Source: Lytechinus pictus (taxonomy: Eukaryota). From it: a stretch of DNA of 64,000 nt. The notes under the pieces are model-generated. The model made no database searches, had not been told where the DNA came from, and saw only the letters and a list, made by a program, of their open reading frames with translations. The stretch is taken from positions 19,470,001 through 19,534,000 of the forward strand of contig NC_087251.1 in NCBI RefSeq assembly GCF_037042905.1. Direction: 5' to 3'. How positions within the stretch are numbered: position 1 is the stretch's first letter; the number at the start of each line of letters is the position of its first letter. The position numbers and the translations under genes were made by a program. Shown in pieces: positions 14,727 to 26,899 of the stretch.

Positions 14727-14926
14727 GGGCAATTCCATAAAATATGTACATCCGACCCCCTATATGTGGGACCTTCATGACATTTTCTGTCTCTGATTTC
14801 TGGTTCTTTTGAAAGTCTGTAATGCTCTCAAATGACCATGACTTGCTCAGTTTATGAAGCGAAGTAAAACTTGAGAAAAATGGGGGTCGGACGTACAAAA
14901 AGGTTGATTATTTTATGGAATTGCCC
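14727..14926. mobile_element. Sola2-like MITE (200 bp) inserted in a (CTA)n array
   Basis: Terminal inverted repeat (TIR) GGGCAATTCCATAAAATA / TATTTTATGGAATTGCCC. 4-bp TSD TACT at 14723-14726 and 14927-14930. GRG...CYC termini with a 4-bp TSD are the Sola2 signature. Confidence 0.8.
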
Positions 14927-14970
14927 TACTACTACTACCACCACTACTACCACTACTACCACTACTACTA

Positions 14971-15028
<58 letters not shown>

Positions 15029-15036
15029 CACCATCC

Positions 15037-15069
<33 letters not shown>

Positions 15070-15102
15070 TTACTACTACCACCACGATCACCTCCACCAC
15101 TG

Positions 15103-15168
<66 letters not shown>

Positions 15169-15222
15169 TTACTACTACTATTACTACTACTACTACTACC
15201 ACCACGATCACCTCCACCACTG

Positions 15223-15279
<57 letters not shown>

Positions 15280-15318
15280 ATACTACTACTACTTCTACCA
15301 CCCCCACTACTACTACTC

Positions 15319-15385
<67 letters not shown>

Positions 15386-15402
15386 CACTACTACTACCAC
15401 TA

Positions 15403-15439
<37 letters not shown>

Positions 15440-15489
15440 CACTACTACCACTACTACCACTACTACCACTACTACTACTTCCACCACCC

Positions 15490-15561
<72 letters not shown>

Positions 15562-15603
15562 TTACTACTACTACTACTACCACCACGATCACCTCCACCA
15601 CTG

Positions 15604-15658
<55 letters not shown>

Positions 15659-15713
15659 CACCACCCCCACTACTACTACTACTACTACAACTACTACTAC
15701 CACCACGACCACC

Positions 15714-15781
<68 letters not shown>

Positions 15782-15821
15782 AACTACTACAACTACTACT
15801 AACACCACGACCACCACCACC

Positions 15822-15871
<50 letters not shown>

Positions 15872-15951
15872 CACCACCACCACCACTACTTCAACTACTA
15901 CTATCGCTACTACTGCATTTACTACTACTACTACTACTACTTCCACCACCC

Positions 15952-15994
<43 letters not shown>

Positions 15995-16002
15995 CACCAC
16001 CC

Positions 16003-16054
<52 letters not shown>

Positions 16055-16102
16055 TACTACTACTACTTCCACCACCCCCACTACTACTACTACTACTACT
16101 AT

Positions 16103-16162
<60 letters not shown>

Positions 16163-16188
16163 AACCACCACGACCACCACCACCACTG

Positions 16189-16219
<31 letters not shown>

Positions 16220-16270
16220 CACCACTACCCCCACTACTACTTCAACTACTACTATCGCTACTACTGCATT

Positions 16271-16339
<69 letters not shown>

Positions 16340-16368
16340 CACCACCCCCACTACTACTACTACTACTT

Positions 16369-16425
<57 letters not shown>

Positions 16426-16426
16426 T

Positions 16427-16495
<69 letters not shown>

Positions 16496-16590
16496 AACTA
16501 CTACAACTACTACTACCACCACGACCACCACGACCACGCCCACTGCTTCAACTACTACTAGCGCTACTACTGCATTTATTGCAGCGTACT
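14927..16590. repeat. ~1.65-kb (CTA)n/(CCA)n array with higher-order cassettes
   Basis: ACT repeats interrupted by recurrent cassettes TCCACCACCCCC, ACCACGATCACCTCCACCACTGCT and TCAACTACTACTA(T/G)CGCTACTACTGCATTT. Confidence 0.97.
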
Positions 16591-16673
16591 GCTCTTAGTA
16601 TTGCCTAGATCTATATTTAGATGATCTCAACAATTTAAGAATTCATAATCCTCAACATCACCAACCATATCAT

Positions 16674-17408
16674 CAGGGGCAGCGGAACGTATTTTCGTTG
16701 GGGGGGGGGGGCAAAGCCAAAAAAGGCACTTATATGTCAAAATTGACATTTTGGTGCAAACGGATATCATCACCATGAGATTATCATCTGTGTTAAGTAG
16801 TTGTGTGTTTTTTTGAGTAATTAAGTAAAGCAAAGCCTTTTTAAAGTGATTTCTGATTGATAAAATACATATTTAGGCTTTATTATTTCCGCGAGAAAAA
16901 AAAATGAGCCAAGAGATATGGGTTGTCGACCAAAATCTGAAGTTGTAAAACTCGCTTTGTGGTCAATTATGGCGCTAATTATTGTTAAAAGGGCACTCTC
17001 GTGAGATGTTGCGAGCGCGAATTGCAAGCTCAAATTTTTGGACATTTGGATTGCATTTAGTTACTGATTAATATGACACATATCTCACTAATTGAATAAT
17101 GCGAGCGCGAAGCGTCAGCTGGAAATTTGTGATATTCCAATCTGAAAACTGGACATTCTAAGCAATTTTTGTAACAAAGAACAAAATGAGTACCATATTA
17201 AACAATAATTGATGCGAGCGCGAAGCCAAAAAAATTGTGAGTTTGTAACATAAAAGTATCATGTTTTAATTCAAATGGGTGTTTCATTTTGAAAAAGGAC
17301 ACATTTCGTTTTTAAAATTGGGCACTTTACATTATGAAAAAGGGAATTTTTTCCTACGAGGATTCATTTGGGGCAAGTGCCCCTGCCCCCCGGGTTCCGC
17401 CGCCCCTG
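16674..17408. mobile_element. hAT-type MITE (~735 bp)
   Basis: TIR CAGGGGCAGCGGAAC / GTTCCGCCGCCCCTG. Degenerate 8-bp TSD CATATCAT / GTTATCAT. Three internal TGCGAGCGCGAA motifs. Confidence 0.75.
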
Positions 17409-19332
17409 GTTATCATTATCATGATTGTCATCATCAGTAGTGGTATGAGTTTGATGGCATTCTAAAATATTGACAATCTCGGTATCAAAATATAACCCAT
17501 TAGTGATAGGTAAAATTCACGGGCAATAAAATCATATCTGAACAGTATCTGAGTATTCTTGTAAAGCAATCAATCAAAATAATTACGGATATTTACACGG
17601 CGGAGGTAATTTCAGTAAGTACTGGGCATTTGGTCGAGAAGCAGAAATCAATTCTTCAAAGTATGATACTATTTGAAGATACTGGTAGTTTATCGTGTTC
17701 CACATGGTCGATTACAATCGCGACAACCATTACAATAGATCATTATCATTTTGTAGAACGGATAATATTTAACTCTCGTATGACAAGTGGTTTGAATTCG
17801 TGGATGCAAGTACGTCCTTCAAGTCACATCGTGGGTGATGAATTTCTAATCATTTTTCAAAACCGTAATGAATCGGTTTTCATTTTTAATTATAGTTATA
17901 TTGTGTTAGTAATGTCGCATTTCCCTTCCGTAGGAAGAAGTGTGCGATTATAACATCTATATAAGCCTTCTCCCCATTTTGATAATGCATCTTTATGAGT
18001 GCACCCCCCAAAGTCTGAAAAATGTAAACATACATTGCCAAAATGTTGGGAGAAAAATGACGATTTGTTGACCCACTGTTGATCATCACACTGATAGTAT
18101 GGCCAAAATCAAGAGTTTGCCCAATCATTGATTCAATATTTACCGATGAATTCCTAAAACAGTTCGCCCAACACATAATATATAAAACAAGAAACACCAA
18201 ACTTTTTGCAGTATACAACATGATTCTACTTTAGATACCATATACCCTTGTAACTATTATCATGATTATGTATTATTTGGTGATTTCAAATTCTTCATAT
18301 AAGTAGACGTAAATATTAACCAAACTTAAGTGACGCTAGCCCTGGAACAAATCGCACTCGGTGCTGAGTTATCAAAAATGTGATTTTTATTATTTGTTTT
18401 GTGCTTCACCAACACATAGCTTGGAATTTCCTACGTTCAAGACAAACATGTATTTTATCGAGTCTGGACTATACCCTACATGTGAAAATGTTTCAAATCT
18501 TATCTGGTGTCTGCCCTTGACTTTTTCCGGAATAATGAAAAGGTAACATAAAACACGGTCATTGTTGGATATAAACCCGGTTCATCAGGTACTCCAAATG
18601 AATTTAATAAGTAAACAATGATCTGGAAATATAGTTTGTCTCTGTTTGTTTTGTGTCGAGAAGGGACAAGATAATATTCCACCTTTTAAAACCAACAAAA
18701 TGATATCCAGAGAAGCTCGTTAATGTTCTTTTTCTTAGTATGAATGATATATGATATTTGAGTTACGTGCCAACTTAGTCCAGTTGAATGGCGTCGTGGA
18801 GTGACCCTTGTCCCGAACCGAGTATTGACTTGTCCGCCCCTTTCTTATCAGACGATAGCGCGTCCACTTTGAACCACACATAATGAAACTCATGTTAGAG
18901 CAAATTAATGTGCGATATGACTCCGGGGAGATATTACCCACTTATTCTAATATAGCTCTTTACATTATCTCAATGATCACGAAATAGATAACCCTTTACG
19001 AATGTATTTAACATGTTTAATGGTAGGTTACATTATTACCCGATTGCCAATGGTGGGCTAAAATGGCCAATTAAGATTAGCATGTTTTTGCTATTAATAT
19101 TTTAAAAGAGAATATATTTCTACAGACGTGTAATGATTATGAGAAAAATATGTCTTCAGAACGGTGACCAAAGGAGTCGATAACACCAACAATCTTGGTC
19201 GCCTGTCTGTATGGGAGGGGGTGGATATCGAATGACGTAAATGCCGAAAAACTTGTCAATTAATGACGGTGGTTATTTTTAACTATCTTCCAATAAGGAT
19301 TAAGAATTTGAACACCGAATTGGCTAATAAAA

Positions 19333-19515
19333 ACATTTGCCACTCTCTACCCAGGTGTAGTAAATGGGTATCCGGTAGGAAGGAATCCATTGAAGGCTTG
19401 AGCGTCCGATCAGGGTAGCCGTGCTAAAGCCGGGGTAATAGCATGCAGCGCTTGGAAACATTTGTATTAAGCGCTATATAAATGTTACATATTATTATTG
19501 TTATTATTATAATAA
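19333..19515 (+). mobile_element. 5'-truncated SINE (central domain plus LINE-derived tail)
   Basis: CTCTACCCAGGTGTAGTAAATGGGTATCCGG core. 3' AGCGCTT...AAGCGCTATATAAAT stem followed by a (TTA)n tail. Confidence 0.7.
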
Positions 19516-21961
19516 TTGAATATGTCCTTTAGTAAGGTCATCAAGGGGGAAAACCCTTTTTGGATTATGTCATCATATCATCTACGTTACGTGACATACA
19601 TAGCATGTGATAGACAAAGCTTTCTAGTTAGGCTTGTTACTGTTTTCGTTGTGTTACAGACAGAGGCATACATGGAGAGAGAGTGGTAGAGAGAGGAGGG
19701 AGAAAAAGAGGGGGTAGAGAGAGAGAGAGAGAGAGAGATTAAAAGAGGGAATAAGAAAGAGTGATACGGTTTGGGAAAGGCCTAAGATGCAGTGAAGAGC
19801 AGCTGTTCTGACCAGAGTGTGAATGTTGGAGACCATACACATTAGACCTCACGACAGCCTGAAGCCGGGGCGACACTCAAGACATCGGCAAAGAAATCCA
19901 ACACCCAGCTTTTACCACACATTATACGGTTTCTCAACTTCACTTTGGTCCTATAGCCGGGACTAAGGGGTCACTCCTCACGCACGGTTGCAAGTCAACC
20001 ATGGTGATAATGTTTCTTTACATGAATGTCAGCCAGCCTGGAACTTCAAATAAAAAAAGAGCCGGAAAATGATGATATGAAAAAGAGTTGAGAGGACTGA
20101 TAGCAGCTGTTTAGGGATTGTGAAGAGAGCATAGGTGGGAGGCGGGAGTCTGTACGTGACGGGTCAGAAAGGGCATTATTCGCCTCCAATCTTTATTCAT
20201 GGCGTAAAAACGTTTGGGGAGGGGTGGTGGTAAGATAGCCTCTTCATGCCTTGACAATAACAAGAGAGACAGAGAAAGGGAATATAAGAGAGTGAGAGAA
20301 ACGAGAGGGAGAGAGAAAGAAGGAGGGGGAGGGGTGGTCTGGCTGACTATCGTTCTTATTGTTAGTCAAACATTCAATTCGTTATTTGAAGCCAGCAAGC
20401 GCGGGTCATACAGCGGCCGACTGGCTTTTCGACACCCAGTGCTCATGTACCGCCGGGCTCACTACAGAGGTACAGCTCAGCCTGCCCCATGAAACTCTAT
20501 CAGTCTTTAAAGTACCGACCCTTTGCCTTCCTGGACGTTCAGGGGTCTGTTTCACGAGACCGTCACAAACCTAAGTCCATGGCCATCCCATGCAACTACT
20601 GTAAACTGTAACACAAATTTGCCTGGGCTGTCCAAGAAGTCGGTTTGGATGAAGACACCCCTAGTGGCTTCTGTGTTGATACCGTCACCTTGCCAAAAGA
20701 AGCGAGGGATGGTATGTGTGATCCGTGTGGACCTCAGGTTGTAAACATGTAACCGTGATAAAAGAACTCACTTTTTACATTCACGACAAACAACTATGCA
20801 AAGGCACACCTTTTGTGACCAGTGAATGAAAAGTCCATGGAAATAGTAATATGATGTCCACATTCTAATTTATTATTTTAATGTTTTGGCTTCTTTGCTT
20901 AACACTACTCCACAGACGTGAGTCTGATATCTTTGGAATTGTAACAAGTATATACGAGTGTGGCGGGGACGGGTCAAATATGCTTAGATGTGCAGCATCT
21001 TGACACACCTTACTACAAAAACCAATGAACACTGATTTTTTTAATCCGACAATGCACTCATTCTACAGTGTTCTAAATCGAATACATCAGCCATTGTCAA
21101 TCGATAGTAATTGAGAACAGTGGAAGTCATCTTTTTAGGCGACCATCCCTTATAAAAGACACTGGTACTGCCCCTTGTTAGAAGAGCCTCACGTATACAT
21201 GGTATATGACATACATACATATGGGAGGTTCCCACGCAGTACGTACTTCTAGAACAATGAACATTAATTTAGTACCTTAATCGTCTTTTATTTGTTTACC
21301 TGAAATTACTACTCAGCGCTTGCATCCGTGAATACATATTTGTCTCAAAATGACAATTGAATTATATATTTTCGCGGGTACAATATTTTGGTCATTACCC
21401 TCAACGAAGTCTTTCTGGAAATAAAACTATAGATTGTACAAATTATATTTGGAGAATTCAGGGGGGGGGGGTCTTCCATTTAATCCCTTTTGCGATGGCA
21501 AGTTGTGGGATCGTTTTGTGTTTTGTTCTCATCACTGACAGACCTGGAGAATTCCATCCGTTTTCCTGGATTTTAGGCTGATGATGTTACTGTCTGGAAA
21601 CATACACGTTCATATATACATTTAATAATACCGATCAATTTGTGTACAAACTGAAGTTAAGGTATAAACCAGTGGCGAATATGCTTTAAAAAATGAGAGG
21701 ACTGCCATAGCGCATGGGGATACTTTGTACAAAAGCGAGCGAGCAAACATTTTGACACTTTTTGTGTAAAAAATAAGATTTTATGATGAATTTTGACATT
21801 TCAGAAAATAGTGCAATATTCCACCCTTTTCCTTTCTTCATCTTCTTTTCTCTCATTTTTTTCTTTTTTGGAAGTGAAACTTTGCGGGGTTGGGGCTCCA
21901 TAGAGCCCAAACTACCCCCATTTGTTCACCAGTACCCTTTTCCTCAACATCGATGAGACAT

Positions 21962-22120
21962 TTGAGCCCATTTGGAAGAGAGGTGGTCTCGTAATCAGGT
22001 GACCCAGGTTCGATTCCCGCTCGGTGAGCCAGTGGCCTTCGGTAAGGAAGTCCCCCGGAAGTGATTTTAAACCGTCGCGATGCGTTCATTGAATGACTAA
22101 TATCAAGCATTTATGCTTTC
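21962..22120 (+). mobile_element. Degenerate tRNA-derived SINE head
   Basis: B box GGTTCGATTCC at 22007-22017, preceded by a tRNA-like segment and followed by CCTTCGGTAAGG. Confidence 0.55.
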
Positions 22121-22844
22121 TTAGTATTAAGATAAAATAATACCACTCCAACAAATATAAACTTGGTATTTTAGTTGTCATGAAGCTATTCACATACATA
22201 TCTTTAAATTTGGATCATTTGGAAATGTATTCACACGGAGTTAAAATATGTCTTTAAGATGAAGTAAGAAGAATAGTAAACTGGTCTATCTCATTCAATA
22301 TTTCACTCATTTACCTTTGAATTTTATTTTATTATTGGTGCGAACTTTTCAGCAAATCCCCTGACAATCCAGTACCCGACCTATATCAAGAACAAAGATT
22401 GATAAAATTATATAAAGGTGATAAAGTACACTAGAAAGTTATATAACACATAAATTCATGTAAAATCAACTCGGTGAGGAATATGATGAATATACATCAA
22501 GTAAGACACGTTGATCATTATACATGTATATCTCTTGGCGCCGCTCAAGTTTATAGCATTTAACATTGATTAACGCAATACCTCTGTCAGGTGTATCTTT
22601 CTTTATGCGGTTTCATAATAGAAATATATCTTACCCCTGATATACTGAATGTATTCGGATAGTTAAACGGTAAGGAAGAAACAACCACAAGCGAAGATAA
22701 AAAATTATTCATGTTAAAGTCTATCGTGCTTATAGGCGTACGACATTCCCAGGGACGGGCTTCGCGAATAAATCCAACAACCACCAAATACCTTTGCGTA
22801 GCTCTCTGTCTACCCGTCCTCTCCCTACGTTTGGCTATCTATCG

Positions 22845-22985
22845 AGTCTCATTGGCGGTCTGGACTCATTTGTTTCCAGTAATTTAACTCATCCAGCATC
22901 AATTGGAATCGCACATTCGCCGACCGCAACATCAGCGTTGTCATGGCAACGCAAAGTATCCTACCAATCAAACAAAAGGGGGTTA
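22845..22985. promoter_or_regulatory. Candidate promoter/enhancer with an RFX X-box and CCAAT boxes
   Basis: Near-palindromic X-box GTTGTCATGGCAAC at 22937-22950, ATTGG/CCAAT motifs at ~22851, 22901 and 22964, and Sox-type AACAAAAG, all in non-repetitive sequence. Confidence 0.4.
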
Positions 22986-23884
22986 GTATCGGCGATCGAA
23001 AAGTTTACGTTTATCATTCCATTGATACTTTTGACTCATGCGAGAGATGTATCCTTCCTCTTTCCTGGAGAGATGGAGGCATTCATATATTAAACATTCA
23101 CGTCTATCGTACATTGTATATTCACGTATGTAACAAACAGATATAAGAATCAAATACATATTTTCTGCACGAATTGACGTAGGAAGTGTGTCCTTCATCA
23201 CTTTAATATAATGTCTAAAGATGAAATTAGACCGTGTTTAAATCGGAGCATCTAGGATCAGCCGCCATATAAGCGTGATATTTCTTCGTGTTTATAGTTA
23301 TAAAGAAAATCAAGATTCCAGCTTATACATGGTGGCTGATTCAATAGGTTCCTAAAAAAACGATTTCCCTCTCAAGGAGACAGATGAAAAACCGGCATAT
23401 ATTAATGTCGGCATACACCGTGTCTATACAAAAGCCGAAATCTAGAGCTTCTCTCTCATCCCTATTTAAATCAGCCGGAATGACATTATTGAATTCTCCG
23501 TATAAACACAAAGTATGTTGTATATCGTTTACTAGGTTTAAAAAGTTAGAAAATAGATTTTCAACTATATACTATTCCTGGGTAATTCCTTACAAGCAAT
23601 CTGTTTTTTATGGTCCAACCCATAAAGTTTTGTGTTATCTGCACACTAAGAAATTCGGGTTTAATTTTACACCCCTAGGGGTGCACAGGCTTGTCCCTAT
23701 ACGAGTACCCCTAGGGGTGCACACGTACACCCCGAATAGGGGTGTACAGTGTGCACCCCTATCTATCTGCACCTTAGAGGGTGTACACGTCTACCCCTTA
23801 GGGTGCATAATGTACCCCACATAAAATGACAAAAAGATTGTCGAGACTTTCGGTCCATTCAATTTCTGTATCGATTTTTTAGTT

Positions 23885-23955
23885 ACTTTAGTTAGGACTC
23901 GAACCCACCCCGTTTTATATGTAGTCAAGATAATTCCCGCTATGCCAGCGAGAAG
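23885..23955 (-). pseudogene. tRNA-like Pol III A/B-box cassette
   Basis: Minus-strand A box TGGCATAGCGG (23947-23937) and B box GGTTCGAGTCC (23905-23895) at tRNA-like spacing. No convincing cloverleaf. Confidence 0.55.
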
Positions 23956-24114
23956 CGCTAAGATTGGATGAGGTCCCTAGCGATAGGATCCGATTCTTTT
24001 TTTTTTGGTTTTACTTGTGCTGATAGTTGTGATTCAAGTAGCTAAATTTACTGTTTTTCCAAATGTATAAGTAATCAAAAGTGTTTCCGAAACAATTATC
24101 ACATAAATATTAAA

Positions 24115-24206
24115 TATATTACACGGCCCCAATGGAAATCAGTCTGTGAACTGTTTGGGCTTTTTAACCGTGTATAAATAAAATAAATCTTATCTTATCT
24201 TATCTA
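24115..24206 (+). mobile_element. LINE 3'-tail remnant
   Basis: ACACGG...CCGTGT stem, AATAAA and (TCTTA)n tail; same architecture as the tail at 61300-61378. Confidence 0.5.
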
Positions 24207-24337
24207 ACAAATAATTTTCACTTCGGTAAAGTGTGGCGTTAGTGCATTGTTATTTCGGGTAATCTTCGATCACAAATCAACTTTATATATACCATACGTC
24301 TATCAGCGAGACTGGTGGGGTGCGCGCAAAGAGTACA

Positions 24338-24568
24338 GGGCCCTGTTGCAAAAAAGTTTATGTATTGATTTATGTCATGATTTATGTCACGATTTATGTC
24401 ATACAGCATAAATCATGACATAAACACAAATATTGACATAAATCCGTTGCATAAAGCTTTATGTCATAAATCACGACATAACATCATGACATAAATCCAT
24501 TTGAATGACATAAATTTATGTCGTGATTAAAATCAAGACATAACCTGCGGCTTTCTGCAATAAGTGAC
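24338..24568. mobile_element. Small foldback MITE with 12-bp subterminal repeats
   Basis: Ends GGGCCCTGTTGCAAAAAAG / CTTTCTGCAATAAGTGAC. GATTTATGTCAT units occur in both orientations. Confidence 0.55.
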
Positions 24569-24934
24569 TTAAGGGTAATTTTAGGATTATTTTTTATAAT
24601 TATGCCCTTTGTAATTTTGATGATATATTGAGTTTTATTTGGAGTTTCGAAATAATTTTTGTGTCATTGGATAGCCTAAGATGTATTCTTTCAATATAAA
24701 AAAATATAATTATCGTAAATATTTCCCTTATTTTTATAAGCAAAGCTAGGCCTAAGCATAAAAGTTATTGTGCTTACTTTTTTAGGATAGGACATTTTCC
24801 TTAGAATAATATTATAATTTAATATATCAACGTCTCATGTTTTTCAAGCACCACCCCTCCCTCCCGAAATAATGATAATAACTTTGACTTTCAGTCTAGA
24901 ATCGCCCCTTTTGTGCTTAATTCAGATGTGATTA

Positions 24935-25400
24935 AACAAGAAATTTGGTACACACATTGGATGACTTCAAGTCCGGTGTTGGCGTTGGTGTTGGAATTGC
25001 GATTGCTTCCCCTAGCTCCAAAACCTATTTTGTGTGTTAGAAATCATGTTGCCATGGTAACGGCATATTATATGACAAAAAATTGGTAAAATACTTTCAG
25101 TTTTAATTTCTTCATAAATTTTCAACCAATTCTCTTGGAATTTGGTTCACACATTGAGTGAGAGGTAAAGGTGTGAGAGACACATATTTTGTGTGTGTTG
25201 GAAGTTGTGTTGCCATGGTTACAACATATTATAAGCCCCAAATTGGGTAAAAATATATTGGTTCCAACTACTTGATTAGTTTTCAACCAATTCTCATGAA
25301 ATTTGGCTCACACATTGGTCTCGAGGTAAAGACAAATACAGGACATTTTTTTACATGTGTCGGAAATCGTGTTGCCATGGTAACATTATATAATATGTCA
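24935..25400. repeat. Degenerate tandem array, ~161-bp unit, about three copies
   Basis: GTTGCCATGGT(A/T)AC recurs at ~25048, 25209 and 25371. AATTTGG(T/C)..ACACATTG and TTTTCAACCAATTCTC also recur. Confidence 0.7.
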
Positions 25401-26111
25401 ATACCACTGTCACCCATCATTTATATTTTTTCATCTTTGAGCACCTGGCCATTTTTTGTCTATCTCTCTCTCATCAAATGTAATCCCCCCCCCAAAAAAA
25501 AAAAAAAAAATGCTTTATCCTCTTTTCCCCTTTCATTATCATCCTCCCTCCGAGATTGGCCCACTATCATTCTCGGAACTTATCTCTTCAATTCTCAATA
25601 CATCTATCTCTGTTAATGACTCCTTCACATTTATAGTACTTTTTCTTTCCCTTTCCCATTCTACTTCACCTCGCCCCCCCTCTCATTATTCCCTATATAT
25701 ATATATATATCTTTGCATCTCTGGATCTTTCTCACTTTTATATGAATTTCCTTTTAATTTCTCGCCCTTCCTACTTCAAATCTTCATCTCAATCAATTAT
25801 TTTCCTAATTTGACAATTTATGGGACAATATTCAGAGTTCATAAAAAAACAATCATACAATTTTCTACAAATATTAATTACTATTTTTAGGAGGGAAACA
25901 AGTGTGTTCTGAGGGGCAAATCATATTTTTACCACACCCCACCCCCTCCCGATTCAATAAAAAAAAAACGAACAAAGAGATGAAGCAAAAAGAATGACAT
26001 TTTATGTAAATTTATTACTTTTAAAATAAAATCACACTAAAATTTGTAAAACAATGTAATCTTGTTACCTGTCCCATGTCCTTAAATCATGACTGTATAA
26101 ATATGATTCAA

Positions 26112-26704
26112 AGGTCAAATCCACCCCAGAAAATGTTGATTTAAATAAAAAGAGAAAACTCAAACTAGCAAAACGCTGAAAATTTCATCAAAATCGGATG
26201 TAAAATAAGAAAGTTATGACATTTTAAAGTTTTGCTTATTTTTCACAAAACATTGTATGCACAACTCAAACGAGACAGTCGATGATGTCCCTAACTCACT
26301 ATTTCTTTTGTTTTTCATTGTTTGAATTATACTATATATATTTTTTTTTTATAGATTTGACAATAAGGAACAACTTGACTGATCATATAGTATTAAACAA
26401 TGCTCATTCCACATGTTCAGGGAGGAATTAATCGTTCTTTCACTTGACAATGAGGAGAAAAATTGAATATTCCATATTTCATATTATAAAATACCAAAGA
26501 AATAGTGAGTGGATGACGTCATCAGTCACCTCATTTGCATACCCACCAGAATGTGCATATAACTGTTTTGTGAAATTAAGCAAAACTTTAAAATGTCATT
26601 ACTTTCTTATTTTACATCCGATTTTGATGAAATTTTCAGTGTTATGCTTGTTGGATTTTTCTCTTTTTATTAAAATCAACTTTTTGTTGGGGTGGACTTG
26701 TCCT
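26112..26704. mobile_element. Kolobok-like TTAA MITE (~593 bp) with long TIRs
   Basis: Ends AGGTCAAATCCACCCCA / TGGGGTGGACTTGTCCT with ~130-bp imperfect inverted arms. Flanks TCAA / TTAA. Same family as 57430-58032. Confidence 0.8.
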
Positions 26705-26899
26705 TTAAAGAGGTACATGGATTCAAATAAAACATATTATTTATATCCTAAATGAATACAATACATGTACCTCAATCAAGTGTACAACTACAAACATGAT
26801 ACATAAAAATACATCTTAAAAAACAAGAATAACTAAATCCTATTTTTATGCTTAATACATATTTTCATTTAAAAGAGACAAATATTTATGTAATATCAT

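Noticed and set aside
14852..16598. 563-575 aa ORFs (poly-Val, poly-Thr) and shorter poly-Tyr/poly-Ser ORFs nearby
   Set aside because: They are translations of the (CTA)n array. Their starts fall in a MITE or in the repeat itself, and there is no signal peptide or domain.
26444..26755. Apparent paralogous ORF pair (26444+ and 57403-)
   Set aside because: Both are the same MITE family read through its inverted arm, with non-ATG starts
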